Shown here in pieces: positions 11,305 through 23,735 of a DNA stretch of 34,576 nucleotides. The DNA lies in assembly GCA_030141605.1 (NCBI GenBank), contig JAQGDQ010001566.1, forward strand, positions 1 through 34,576, read 5' to 3'. The notes under the pieces are model-generated. The model did not search any database, had not been told where the DNA came from, and worked only from the letters and a program-made list of their open reading frames with translations. Made by a program: the position numbers and the translations under genes. Source of the stretch: Tubiluchus corallicola (lineage: Eukaryota > Animalia > Priapulida). Numbering within the stretch: the first letter of the stretch is position 1; each line of letters begins with the position of its first letter.

Positions 11305-11972
11305 TATCTCGACTGATGGGTCATTCAACCGGGATGAATATGAACATGTCCAATACGGTTTCAGCCCTGGGCACCATGGGAGGTATGGGCGACGGTCACA
11401 AGGGCCTCCAATTTCCACTTACTCAACGTCGAAAGCGGAGGGTCCTCTTCACTCAGGCTCAGGTGTACGAATTGGAGAGACGGTTCAAGCAGCAGAAATA
11501 CCTGTCTGCTCCAGAACGGGAACACCTGGCTAGTCTAATCAATCTCACCCCCACCCAGGTGAAAATCTGGTTCCAGAACCACAGGTACAAGTGCAAGCGT
11601 GCAGCCAAGGACAAGCAGATGCAGGAGCATCAACAGTCCAGTGGTCAGCAAGGAGGTGGACAGAATGGACAACACTCTCCCAGACGGGTTGCAGTACCAG
11701 TGTTAGTAAAGGACGGTAAACCGTGTTCCTCGAACAGTGAGAACAGCATCGCGCCGCAATCACAGCAACAGAATAACCAACAGACCGGGCACCGACATGC
11801 CCAGCCAGCACCTATTCCACAGGACCTTAACGCGGACCATTCACCTGTGTCTAGTTTACAGAATTCCATGAACCATTTGACCAGTTCTATTACGTATAAT
11901 ACCGTGGCGGGTATGAACTCTGCTGACGTAGTGGCGTCGTATATCCCTTCCTTAACGCATCGTGGATGGTGA
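11305..11972 (+). CDS. Nkx2.1: NK2.1 / NKX2-1 / scarecrow-type homeobox transcription factor, last coding exon (partial gene)
   Basis: Homeodomain [58 protein letters not shown] at 11427-11606 with the NK2-diagnostic Tyr54; NK2-specific domain [17 protein letters not shown] at 11676-11726; C-terminal HRGW*. FTQ/KCKR resemble protostome scarecrow. The ATG at 11316 is probably internal because the N-terminal TN/eh1 domain is absent. Confidence 0.97.
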
Positions 11973-12053
11973 TTTGTGATTGGTCACAGCTACCAAGTCA
12001 CGTGCTACGCATCGTGGATGGTGATTTGTGATTGGTCACAGCTACCAAGTCAC
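11955..12053 (+). repeat. 47-bp direct duplication (52-bp period) spanning the stop codon
   Basis: ACGCATCGTGGATGGTGATTTGTGATTGGTCACAGCTACCAAGTCAC at 11955-12001 and 12007-12053. Confidence 0.97.
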
Positions 12054-12300
12054 ATGGTGCAATTACAAATGAAAAACAGGTGAAAACAGTATTACTCAGA
12101 GAACTAGCGTTGTTTAGCATTGTTTAGCCTACATAGACATGTGACTTCGCATTCATTTACCAGAGAAAAACTACTGCGCATGCGTAAACACTTGAGCCCA
12201 TGTATAATTAACTTAACCATGAGTCATTTACACATGTGTAAACAATTCTATGATATAATTCAAATAACAATTAATAAAGTAAATGAAAACTTCAAGATCA

Positions 12301-12479
12301 ACATACTGATGGCACATAATGTGTCAATAAAGCTATTGCTAAGACATACTGCCTGGCACATAATGTGTCAATGAAACTATTGCTAAGACATACTGCCTGG
12401 CACATAATGTGTCAATGAAACTATTGCTAAGACGAACTGCCTGGCACATAATGTGTTAATAAAACTAATGCTAAGACAT
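12301..12479. repeat. ~44-bp minisatellite, 4 copies
   Basis: ACATACTGCCTGGCACATAATGTGTCAATGAAACTATTGCTAAG unit. Confidence 0.93.
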
Positions 12480-12907
12480 TCTGTCTTAATCAGACACGAG
12501 CAGCATGCACATGGGCCTTTCATAAGCTTTCATTTCTTGCTACTCACTAGTGGACTAGTGGACTGACTAATTAATTAAACTCTACATAGTCTACATGAAC
12601 GGAAAACTCTGAAATTAGTCATTTACACCGAGTTTGAATTACTGACGGTTTACAAGTAAGGTTATAATTGGCGCATGCGCACACTGCTCGCGTCTGACTT
12701 TTTTGTAGCGACTTAGCGGTAGATCTATTAAAACGTCATGCGCCATCTGTTGCCAGTACTGCGAGTCTTATTCATTTTATCGGTTAGTTGATCATAGCAA
12801 TGTTATAAAAATGTGATAATATCTATTAGCCTATATGCAGTTACGGAAGACCGAAAGTGTCATCATAAATTCATGGAAAGCATGCCATCTTCAAGCCCTC
12901 ATTATAC

Positions 12908-13148
<241 letters not shown>

Positions 13149-13371
13149 TATCACCCAGGCTGCAGAAAAATTAAAACTGAAATATATTACAGATTCAAAG
13201 CAGCGCTGTTGGTAGAATCACTTCTGGTCTTTTATAATAAATCTAGGCTAATTCGAAAATGTTTTTTAAAACATCTGAAAATTTGCTTTAGGATTAGAGG
13301 AATATTAGCTGTTTTTCACAAGAAGCTGTATTTTGTGTGAAAATTCATCTGTGCGAATTATTAACCCACTG

Positions 13372-13750
13372 TAATAAGCCCTTTCACAGTTTTGTCGTGC
13401 GCATGCGCAGTTACTGTCTGTCAAAAGCTAAGTTTGCCACAACAATGCGTCTTAACTGCAACCGTCGTGCGACATGTGGGTAAAGTAAAGCCATCTGTCG
13501 TATCAGTTCAGTAACTTCAGATGTGTTACGTGGATTTTGCTTGATTATGATTTAGTTTGTGTGTAGAGTGATTTACTAGCAGCATCTTGCCTGGGAACAA
13601 GAAAAAATGAACTAGGTAAGGTTCTAGCTAGCTGTTAAAATTGTTACTATTACAATAGCATGAGCTGTGAGGCGTTGTCAAGTGTACACAAATGCGTTGT
13701 CTGGTCCACTTAACCTTTGACCTTTTCACGATCATCATCAATCGCTGGAA
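13372..13750 (+). mobile_element. Dispersed repeat family C copy (unclassified, probably DNA-transposon derived)
   Basis: Homologous to 23500-23735 (+), 25455-25590 (-) and 32535-32700 (-), e.g. GGGAACAAG(A/G)AAAAATGAACTA..TAAGGTTCTAGCTAGCTGTTAAAA. Confidence 0.7.
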
Positions 13751-13859
13751 CTGTGAAAACGCTTATTACGGCTGTTCCTACTATTCAAAACTTGTCTGAT
13801 TTTGACAGAAACTAACAGCTGAAAATGTTATTAGCCTCTACCATAGTTTTACTATGTTC

Positions 13860-14090
13860 ATTGTTGTAAATATTTGCCTAAAGTTTTATTGTTATCGATT
13901 AATGATGTCTGTACAGTTTCCTGTAAAATAGTTTCTTTGTGTAGAGTGAGACGGAAGCACCATTATTACAACAGGAAGTAGATGGCGCTTGACTCAAATA
14001 ATATTAATGGTATTTCAATGTTGTGTCTTTATTTATTAGAATAAAATGCATTTAGCTAACTCAGTGCAGTGACATTTTTGCAAATAAAGG
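13860..14090 (+). terminator. Candidate distal 3' UTR end / polyadenylation region of Nkx2.1
   Basis: Unique U-rich segment with TGTAAATA (Pumilio-type, 13865-13872) and AATAAA at 14040-14045 and 14083-14088. A proximal alternative AATAAA is at 12273-12278. Weak evidence in AT-rich DNA. Confidence 0.35.
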
Positions 14091-15091
14091 CCATTATAAT
14101 CTGACTTATTATTCTTGCTTATTATTCTGGACAATGGATGGAACCACGTGCTTTACAACAGACAACGTGCAAAGAGTTTACTTATGCTGCCATCTAGTGT
14201 GCGATAAATCAGATGTCCTTAGCGTAAGATTGCCGTTTTGTGTGGCAGTTTTAAAAGCAGTATAAATACTTACAAGCGTGTTGAAAAACTGTAGACTATT
14301 TGCCTCGTTGTCGTTTATTGCACTGAACAAATAAAATTCATTGAAATAAATATGCGTCACGTGCTGTCATATACGTCATACAGTACCATGATATATCATG
14401 TTTCAAATCGAAACGAGTTATGGTACTAATTATTTAATAAAAGAACCAATTAATTTATTTAACTAATTACATTAATTGATTACCTTAATTACATTAATTG
14501 AGCAATTAGTTAAATAAATAAATAATTAAACAATGATTTAGTAAAATATACAAATGTAAACTAAATGTGAATCATTTAAACTTTTCAGTTTTTAATTGTT
14601 TCTACAGCAATTTGCATATGTTTGTACTTAATATTAGAAAAATAACTTTTAAATTCTTTGTTCACGTCTGCTTCGCCCTCTTGTGTGGAGTTTAATAACA
14701 TAACAAAGACGCTCGCACCTTTAATACCTATTTCCTGGTTTTATTCAGAAACGTGCGGCTGAAATTTTAATCAAATCCACTCTTTTAACGCATAACTTTA
14801 TTTACATAAATTATTTGTAAACATAGGCCTAAAGTACAACAACAATAAGGTTACACATTATACTCGTCTACACGTAAGATAATACAGATATGATTGGAAA
14901 ATTGTTTTTGGTTCTTAAACAAGCCTTTCTGATTTTAGTTAAATAAGAAATTAAAGGAAATAAAGGGAAGTAAAGAATGCGCTTATGCTTACCAAGTAAA
15001 TTCTGCATTGAGTCGTCAGTTGCTATCATGAATTAACTGTTAACTTTTAGCATACAGCCTGGGTATGGCCTATATTGCTTTATTAATAAAT

Positions 15092-15654
15092 TTAAAGGAA
15101 GACAGGATGATTTTTCATACACTATCCCATTTTCAAGTTCCTATATAAAAAGTATACATTTTAACACAATTAATATTGCAAAAGCATTTCTGATAATCAA
15201 ATAATAGATTAGTTAACGGCGAGCGAGCCCAACTATTGATGACATCACAAACTAACATAATTTTCAACAGCAAAAATATGCCACGAGCGTGTTGCACGTG
15301 TTTGCGAAATCGAAGTACAGTGCTACTGTAAGATATTCAGTGTGTTGTACTAAAACTAGGCAAGTTTTGAGATAAAAATTCAAATTTACCTCTGTGCTTA
15401 CGCATGAGCTGTGTAACGTGTGCAGTTCGTCGCAAACTAACACATCTTAACTAAGAGGCACAGAACCTGATTTGCGCAATGCATTTCCGTCAAATACGTT
15501 TTCGAAATGCATGTAACAGCGACGAACTAACGGTGCGAACGTGAAATTGTGTTTGTGTGGTAATAATTCTTTCGCGTAAGTCATTCTTGAAAAATATTTT
15601 AAAGAGTAAATTGTTTTGACCTACAGTTTAAGATTGGATCCGGTTTTGCTTTAA
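15092..15654 (+). mobile_element. Kolobok-like element, family A copy 2
   Basis: TTAAAGGAAGACAGGATG ... GATCCGGTTTTGCTTTAA; body homologous to copy 1. Confidence 0.85.
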
Positions 15655-15899
15655 AAGATGTAAATCTTAATAGTCATTAATTATCTCTTAACAGGCACCT
15701 GTAAGCAGCTTTGGCTCTTTCTGTTTTGAACCGCAATATTTTATGTAAGCATTTATCTATGAAAATTTATATCTGCGCTGTATATGCGTTTTATACCGGT
15801 TTCATACTTCATAATTTCTTGCAAATATTTTAATATCTTTTTAATAAAAATCACATAGTAAAGTAAAGAAAGCAAATCAAATGTAGAATTAGTTGGCAT

Positions 15900-16500
15900 T
15901 TGATACGCCACGCAGTGTGTAGGGGGCGCTTCCTCAAACACCCCTGCATGAGCGTGTAGTTCCGCCATGTTGAATAATTTCGATTTGACTCGCAATTTGT
16001 TGCAAAATGAAGCGAGAAATTTTCGTTTACTCGGAAAATATTATTCATGTATTTCACACTTGTGACATTCTCGCTCAACCGAGCAGCGATTATTGTTCGC
16101 TAAAACGCCTCTAGGGGGCGGGCTTTGTCACTCGACGCAAGTGTGGGCACGGGACCCAGTGCCAAGACGCTGCACAGTCGTGGGAAGTGGAAGGGGACGC
16201 CGCGGCGAAACCATAGAGCACAGAAATCAACAAGAGATTCCCTTTTTTAGTCGCAGTTCTCTTCTTAGTCACAAACACGGAGGTCAAGCGTAAAAAGAAA
16301 TTTGATTAGTCGAGCTGACGATCCGAAAAAACTGATTAGCCTCGTCGCCATTTTTCATTTGCTTGTAAAAACAGTCCCCGATTCAGACGATTCAGTTATC
16401 CTAAATGCTGTTTTTTCAGCGAGCGCTTATATCATAGGAGGGCTGGGGGCGCTGGGGTCAAAGCGTCAACAGGTGGAAGTCTGCGACAGGGGGCGCTTCA
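15900..16500 (+). promoter_or_regulatory. GC/CpG-richer island with four co-oriented CTCF-like motifs
   Basis: GTGTAGGGGGCGC 15917, CCTCTAGGGGGCGG 16108, GGCTGGGGGCGC 16441, CGACAGGGGGCGC 16484 versus consensus CCASYAGRKGGCRS. Confidence 0.5.
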
Positions 16501-16591
16501 TCAAAATTCATGTGCGTTATGAATAGTGTTACAGACGTATTATTTCAGGTATTTTTCCGTTCAGTTCGGTTTTATTTATAAAAATGGTGAT

Positions 16592-17456
16592 TTAAAGGAA
16601 AACTGGATGATTTTCCACATCCACCCACTTTTGAAGTATAGCACCCGTTGTCATGCCAACGCGTTTGTGGTAATTAAGTAATGCGTTAAAAATTCATTAA
16701 CGACAGAGGAAGTTAACTAGTGGTGACATCACACACCTTGAGTACCTGTATGGCTTATATACGCCTTTGTTTTATTAATAAATTTAAAGGAAGACAGGAT
16801 GATTTTTCACATCCTACCTCATTTTCAAGTCCGGTAAAAAGTATACATTTTCACACAATTAATATTGCAAAAGCATTTCTGATAATTAAATAATAGATTA
16901 AAAACTTAGTTAACGGCGTGCGAACCCAACAATTGATGACAGCTCAAACTAACATAATTTTCAACAGCACAAAAATTCCTCGAGTGTGTTGCACGTGTTT
17001 GCAAAAGCCAAAATTGAAATACAGTGTTACTGTACAACATTCAGCGTGTTATATAAAACTCCTGCAGATTTGAAGTTAAAAAAATTTAATTTCAAATTTA
17101 GTGCTGTGCTGACGCAAGAGCTGTCCAACGTGTGCGCTACGTTACAACTGAACACGTCTGAACTGGGAATTACAGCGACTTGTTTTGTGTACAATGCGTT
17201 TCAAGATGCAGACGCTGGTGCCCGTCTAACTAGCGAATTGCGAAATCCATGTAAAAGCGAAGACACCGCAAGTCATATTATATTTCTGTTTTTATACTTC
17301 TCTATGTACTTTTAAGGATCATTTCTACAGTATGTGTCGAAAGAGGTTCAGACAAAACTGAACACTGTCGAAAAGAAATACGTTCCCTTTCAATATTTTA
17401 TTGGGTAGATTGCTTTAAGCTATAGTTGAAGACTGGGCCGCCTGGTTTTCCTTTAA
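16592..17456 (+). mobile_element. Composite Kolobok-like element (outer 5' end at 16592, family A copy 3 from 16784)
   Basis: TTAAAGGAAAACTGGATG at 16592, TTAAAGGAAGACAGGATG at 16784, single 3' end CCTGGTTTTCCTTTAA ending 17456. Confidence 0.75.
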
Positions 17457-17520
17457 GAAGAACAGCAAAGTTGATCACATCAACGTTTGTTTATTGAACC
17501 ACTATTATATATTAAATACA

Positions 17521-17522
<2 letters not shown>

Positions 17523-17556
<34 letters not shown>

Positions 17557-17805
17557 GTGAAGATGATGATAATGATGATGATGATGATGATGATGATGAT
17601 GGTATGGTGATGATGATGGTGATGATGATGATGATGATGATGATGATGGTGGTGATGATGATGATGGTGAAGATGATGATGATGATGGTGAAGATGATGA
17701 TGATGATGATAATGATGGCGAAGATGATTGATGGTGGTGAAGAAGAAGATGATGATGGTGAAGATGATGATGATGATGATGATGATGATTGATGGTGGTG
17801 AAGAA

Positions 17806-17842
<37 letters not shown>

Positions 17843-17846
17843 GTGG

Positions 17847-17878
<32 letters not shown>

Positions 17879-18085
17879 GTGAAGATGATGATGATGATGG
17901 TGAAGATGATGATGATGATGATGATAATGGTGGTGGTGGTGGTGAAGATGATGATGATGATGGTGATGATGATGATGGTGGTGGTGAAGATGATGATGAT
18001 GGTGATGATGATGATGATGATGGTGAAGAAGAAGATGATGATGATGATGGTGATGATGATGATGATGATGGTGAAGATGATGAAG

Positions 18086-18117
<32 letters not shown>

Positions 18118-18171
18118 GGTGGTGGTGGTGGTGGTGAAGATGATGATGATGGTGATGATGATGATGGTGAA

Positions 18172-18205
<34 letters not shown>

Positions 18206-18244
18206 GTGAAGATGATGAAGATGATGATGGTGGTGGTGAAGATG

Positions 18245-18276
<32 letters not shown>

Positions 18277-18312
18277 GATGATGTGGTGGTGAAGATAATG
18301 ATGATGATGATG

Positions 18313-18343
<31 letters not shown>
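17523..18343. repeat. (GAT)n microsatellite with GGT/GAA interruptions
   Basis: Directly visible; produces the poly-D and poly-M ORFs. Confidence 0.97.
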
Positions 18344-18344
<1 letters not shown>

Positions 18345-19090
18345 AATTAACCAGCTTACTAATTACACTGAAAGTTTAAGTGGTGGATGGAAAATCTAAC
18401 CCAAAAACTCAGCTTAATCCTAGAGAACAATAGCAAACATTTCTTGTTATCACTGATCATTATACCAGAGTTGTTTGCTAACAGATGAGGTGTGTAAAAG
18501 TGGGAGGATTTAGACGGGATAAGGAGTTATCCCGCATGGAGGAGGTGACACATCTAACGCTACACGTGTGCTACCTGCCTAGTCTCATCACGTGTCATTG
18601 TTTCACTTCAATCGCGCTTTGTTTCCAATCCATTCTGCTCAGCTTTGAAGCTTTTGTAAACAAATCCACATAAAGTAGTTGTTCTGGTATTAGAGGTGTT
18701 GAGAGAACAAACAGCCACTGAAAGAGAGAAAATAAACGTTTCCGATTATAGAGCGATTGTAGTGGATAAGTTAACACTTTTCTTTCATGGGTAGGTGAGG
18801 AGATATTGAACAAGAGAACGTCCAAAGTACAGCAGTTTTGAATGTAGATTTGGTATTTTGTTTGGAAAAGAGTTTTATGCTTACTAAGTCTCAACAAGTC
18901 TATGATAACAGACGTATATAAAAAATATGTACAGCACAGTCAACACAAGATGATACAGAAGCAAAACAACATGCAGTTTGGCCAGTCTTTTTCTTTATAA
19001 TTAAAATTTTAAAACATATGAAGCGTTCTTTTGCAAACTGAGAAGTAGAAATAATTATATTGTAGTGTGTAAATATATTTAAATACAAAA

Positions 19091-19451
19091 AATGAATGAA
19101 TGAATGAATTAATGAGTGAATGAATGAATGAACGAATGAATAAATAAATAGATAAATGAATGAATGGATGGATTAGCGAGTGAATGAACGAATGAATAAA
19201 TAAATAGATAAATAAAAGAAGGAATAGGTGAATGAATGAATGAATGAGTGAATGAATGAACGAATATACGAATGAATAAATAAATGACTGAATGAATGAG
19301 CGAACGAACGAATAAACAAATAAATAGATAAATAAATGAAGGAATAGGTGAATGAATAAGTGAGTGAGAGAAGGACTAAACGAATGTATGAAGGAATAGA
19401 CGAATGAATAAATAAATGAGTGAATGAATGAGCGAACGAACGAACGAACGA
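19091..19451. repeat. Compound (GAAT/AAAT/GAAC)n tetranucleotide repeat
   Basis: Directly visible. Confidence 0.93.
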
Positions 19452-19641
19452 CTGATAAAACAATTTTCTTTTTTTGTTTTCCACATTTTCTGAATTTGAA
19501 GAGAAGAATGTGATTACATCCATGTCTCTGTTTTTATAAGTTAACAGTCTAATATAACTCCTTGCAAATGAAATCTTACTGCTTCTTTGTGGAATTCGAA
19601 TTTTGCGTTCAACACCGAGTCTAGATTACTGTTTAATAGAT

Positions 19642-20194
19642 TTAAAGCAAAACCGAACCAAATCTAAACTGTAGGTCAAAACAATCTACTCTTTAAAATA
19701 TTGAAAGGAAACATGCTATTTTTCAATAATGACTTACGTGAAAGAATTATTATCACACAAACACAATTCCACGTTCGTGCCACTAGTTCTTTGCTGTTAC
19801 GTGAATTTCGCTATTTGCTAGTTAGACGGGTGCTAGAAACAGGTGCGGTACCTCTCAGTTCAGATGTGTTGGTTTGTGACGAACATAGTTCGACAGCTCA
19901 TGCAAGAGCACAACAGAAAATTAGAATTTTTATCTTAAAACTTGCCTAGTTTTAGTACAACAACTGAATATCTTACAGTAGCACTGTACTTCAATTTTCT
20001 CTTTCGCAACACGTGCAACACGCTCGTGGAATATTTTTGCTGTTGAAAATTATATTAGTTTGTGATGTCATCAATAGTTGGGCTCGCTTGCCGTTAATTA
20101 AGTTTTTAATCTATTATTTAATTATCAGAAACGCTTTTACGGTACTGTTTACAAAATAGAGTAGTATATGAAAAATCGACCTGTTTTCCTTTAA
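19642..20194 (-). mobile_element. Kolobok-like element, family A copy 4 (inverted)
   Basis: TTAAAGCAAAACCGAACC ... CCTGTTTTCCTTTAA; reverse complement of copies 1 and 2. Confidence 0.85.
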
Positions 20195-20887
20195 ACTCGT
20201 TAAAACCACATTGCATTTAACACGTTATTTTTTGTCGGTTTTCTTTTTTTCGTTTTCATTTCTTTTCTACAGCATCTTTCTTTCTCTGCTTTCTAGTCAC
20301 GTTTTCATCATTTCTTGTGTCACAAGTAGTGACGTCACTGGCTCACTGATAATAATTCATTCACTATAATTTGTCTACGCATCAAAGGGTTCACTAATTG
20401 AACCGACATTAGTTATTTCAGCTACCTATTGTTTACCGCAACTTTGCGACTACAAATTTCAGACCGCCCTGTACACGTCCAATGGGCTTGTCGGGTTTTT
20501 TGACAACGTTCCCGGCACAAGTCTGTTTCCCTGTATTACCGCCAGAGGGCGAAAGCGTGCTCAACGAGTTACGAAGTCCAGGTGGGTCTGAATTACAAAT
20601 TTCTTTAGTGCTCTAATGAAAAGAGTTTGTCCCTCTTTCATTAACTCTTTACCCCAGGCGGTTTACCTGCGCGGAAATGCCATGAATAATTAACCCTACC
20701 GGATCAGTAATGGGGACATTTGTCACCTTATTGGACGCAGTGGAAAACGCATTTCGGGGGTTATTTTGCACAAAAGCGTCTCTAATAAATCTGCTTATTT
20801 GTGGTGACAATGAGAATAACAATGATGGAAAAATGGCGAAATCGTTGTTTTATGTTTGAAGAAAAGTTACTGGCGATGGTAATTATT

Positions 20888-21233
20888 GATGATGACGACT
20901 ACAATGATATTACCAGCGACGATAATGATAATAACAATAACAATGATCATGCTGATGATGTTGATGATGATGATGATGATGATGACGATTATGATGATTA
21001 TGATGATGACGACGAGACGACGACGATGATGATGATGACTACGATGACGACGACGACGACGAAGATGATGATGATGGCGACGATAATGATATTACCAGCG
21101 ACGATAATAATAATAACAATAACAATGATCATGCTGATGATGTCGATATAATGGTGATGATAATGATGATGATGATGATGACGATTATGATGATTATGAT
21201 GATGACGACGAGACGACGACGACGATGATGATG

Positions 21234-21264
<31 letters not shown>

Positions 21265-21371
21265 TGACGACGATAATGATAACAATGATGATGAAAACGA
21301 CGATAATAATAATTGGCCACGATGGTGATGACGACTATGACGATGACGCTGATGATTCTGGCAATGACGAC
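20888..21371. repeat. Compound GAT/GAC/AAT microsatellite with a ~180-bp internal duplication
   Basis: AATGATATTACCAGCGACGATAAT...AACAATGATCATGCTGATGATGT occurs twice (~20903 and ~21085). Confidence 0.9.
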
Positions 21372-22102
21372 AAAAATGAAAACATGAAAAAATTTACAGC
21401 CAAGAAATATACTAGCCTTTAAGGAGGCGTTTATAAAATCAATTTCAAATTTTTCTAAATTATTAACTCCAATTAAAATCAAATGTGAAGTTTTATTTTT
21501 CTGTTCTATATAAATTTTAAATTATAATTTAAAATACTGTCATTTTTATATTTCCGGTACGAAAATATGCAAAATAATACAATACTAGCAAAGGCCCCGC
21601 AAAAAATTTTGCTTATAAATCCACTTATAATCCACAATGCGCCAACATCCTACCTAGTGTTCGTTTGTTTTCCAAACCCAAAGCCAGTAGCAGCAGCTTT
21701 TACTGAATTAAAGTTATAGACAGAGTATAATGGATGACGCCAGAACAATGGCTTTGCGTCAGCAGTTTTCCAAGGGAAAATTGTCAAAAATAGAACATCT
21801 AATTAACTCATCGGTACTCCTCTTGGTGGACGTGTCCTGAAATATAGCCCACACCATCGTGTAGCCCTGTTCTTCCTCTTTCTAAAGAGCTGTATATCTC
21901 CTTTCGAGAGTCCCACCAGGCGCCGCCAGAGCGTTTTTTCCGCATGCTGTTTGACCAAAATTTATATTTCATACCAAGAACAAGAACACGAACTGGTGTG
22001 TGCGCTGTTATCATTTAAAACTAAATTACAACGACATTAAAAAATCAAAATCAGACATTTATTCTAATTCAAAAGCTGGTTAATTATCGAGAGTAACTTA
22101 TT

Positions 22103-22568
22103 TTAACTCTTTCAGTCCCAAATTATTTTTTTAATAAGAGAGAATTTTTAGGTTGGTACTTTTGTTCAGTATGTCCATCTTGTTTACACATAATAATAAT
22201 TTTTTTCTACCTGTGCCCGCGTGCTAAATATAGCCTGTATCCCACGGGATACATTGAGATTCAATGGAAGCATAAAATGTGCTTCATTTTGCAGCTGCTG
22301 ATAATTTTTTAAGTATTTAAGACTTTTAGTATGCATGCTATGCTGATCTGTACAAAGTCGTCTCTAAAGTATTGTACCTTGCACAGTTTTTTATGCTATG
22401 TAGATTTTCTAGTTAGCCATTTTATCACCATTTTTAGTTCATTGTTATTGGCTTAAATCAAAATAACTATTAACAGATCAAATAACTATCAGTTTTAAAA
22501 TTTTATTAATTTTAAAGGCAGAAAATATTCTCGTATCCCACGGGACACAACGGGTATGAAAGGGTTAA
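22103..22568. mobile_element. piggyBac-like MITE
   Basis: TTAA-CTCTTTCAGTCCC ... GGGTATGAAAGGG-TTAA: TTAA TSD, YY..RR termini, imperfect 13-bp TIR; internal GTATCCCACGGGA(T/C)AC twice. Confidence 0.7.
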
Positions 22569-23444
22569 TTATGATTTAAACCTACACGAAGACGTATATG
22601 CATTTTTCAAATTCTCCATATTTGCCCATGACGTCACAAGTACTCGTGAACTGAATTTATGTCCCAATTTTTCGCCTCATTAATTCAGCACTTCAAACAC
22701 TCCACAAATTGGGCCGATCCAAATCGTGACTTTCCCACCTTTAATTAAGACTCGGGAAGAAGCTGAGTACATCCAGGTAAGTTAATCAACGCTTCCCAGC
22801 ATCTTCTACACCTGTGTACTTCAGCACACCCGAGAATTCAACATCCCGTCGCTAAGCGATAGAGAGATCACGTATCAGTGATGTTGCTGCATTGTAGGTA
22901 AATTATAATGATAGGTTAATTACCTGGGACCACCTGTAGTTGTTAATTACAGGTATGAGAAAGTGGAGATGATAGTGTAACTAGGATGATGAGAGGTGGA
23001 ACGGGTGCTGATCTAAGATGCTTGAATGAGAAACAAGTTTGTGTTTAACTGTTGAGGATTTAAAAAGATTAAAATTTTCATAACAGTAATTCATTAACGT
23101 ACAGGGCATTCCGTAATAATACGATCAAGCAGCAATATGCACGATCTTTGTCCCGTAGTAATAGGATCAAGCAATATGCACGATCTTTGTGAGACCTCTT
23201 TTTATTAACGATTCAAAGATTTATTCGGAAATCCATAAAACTGAATTCGAATTCGATTCAGATTCGAATTCCCGCAATTCGGTTTGATTTGAGTTCGAAA
23301 GTCACAAATTTAATCCGTTCCGAATTTATTTTCCGGTAGAGAATGCTTGCCCCTACTTATAATTACTAAATGTGACCAGGGCTCGAGTACCCTACAGGGT
23401 AGTACCCCCTGTAGCAACCTAGCACCCCTCAAGCTTGGGAACCC

Positions 23445-23735
23445 AATAATTGCCTGTGGTGTGTTAGAACTAGCGTCCCTACGAAATTGTTACTTTAATA
23501 AAGACGCAGTTGCTGTAGGTCAAAGGTTAAGTGTAACAAAACAACATGTCTAAAAACTACAACCGTCACGTGACATGTGGGCAAAGCAAAGCCGTCGGCA
23601 GTAACTTCAGCTGTTTTTCGTAGACTACTTAATTATGCATTAGACTGAGCGTAGAGTAATTCATTAGCAGGATGTTGCTTGGGAACAAGGAAAAATGAAC
23701 TATTTAAGGTTCTAGCTAGCTGTTAAAACTGTCTG
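23445..23735 (+). mobile_element. Dispersed repeat family C copy
   Basis: TAATTGCCTGTGGTGTGTTAGAACTAGCG...AGGTCAAAGGTTAAGTG...; inverted homologue at 25455-25650. Confidence 0.7.

Noticed and set aside
11316-11318. ATG as the true start of the homeobox gene
   Set aside because: A strong acceptor 11 bp upstream and family homology (xSRLMG) indicate an internal Met; the TN domain is absent.
11545-11869. Antisense ORFs over the homeobox exon
   Set aside because: Shadow frames of a real coding exon.
17487-18315. Asp-rich acidic (aspein-like biomineralisation) protein
   Set aside because: No signal peptide, the frame is broken by ATTGAT insertions, Asp is encoded only by GAT; this is a microsatellite.
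20801-21482. D/T/M/H-rich ORFs
   Set aside because: Compound microsatellite translations.
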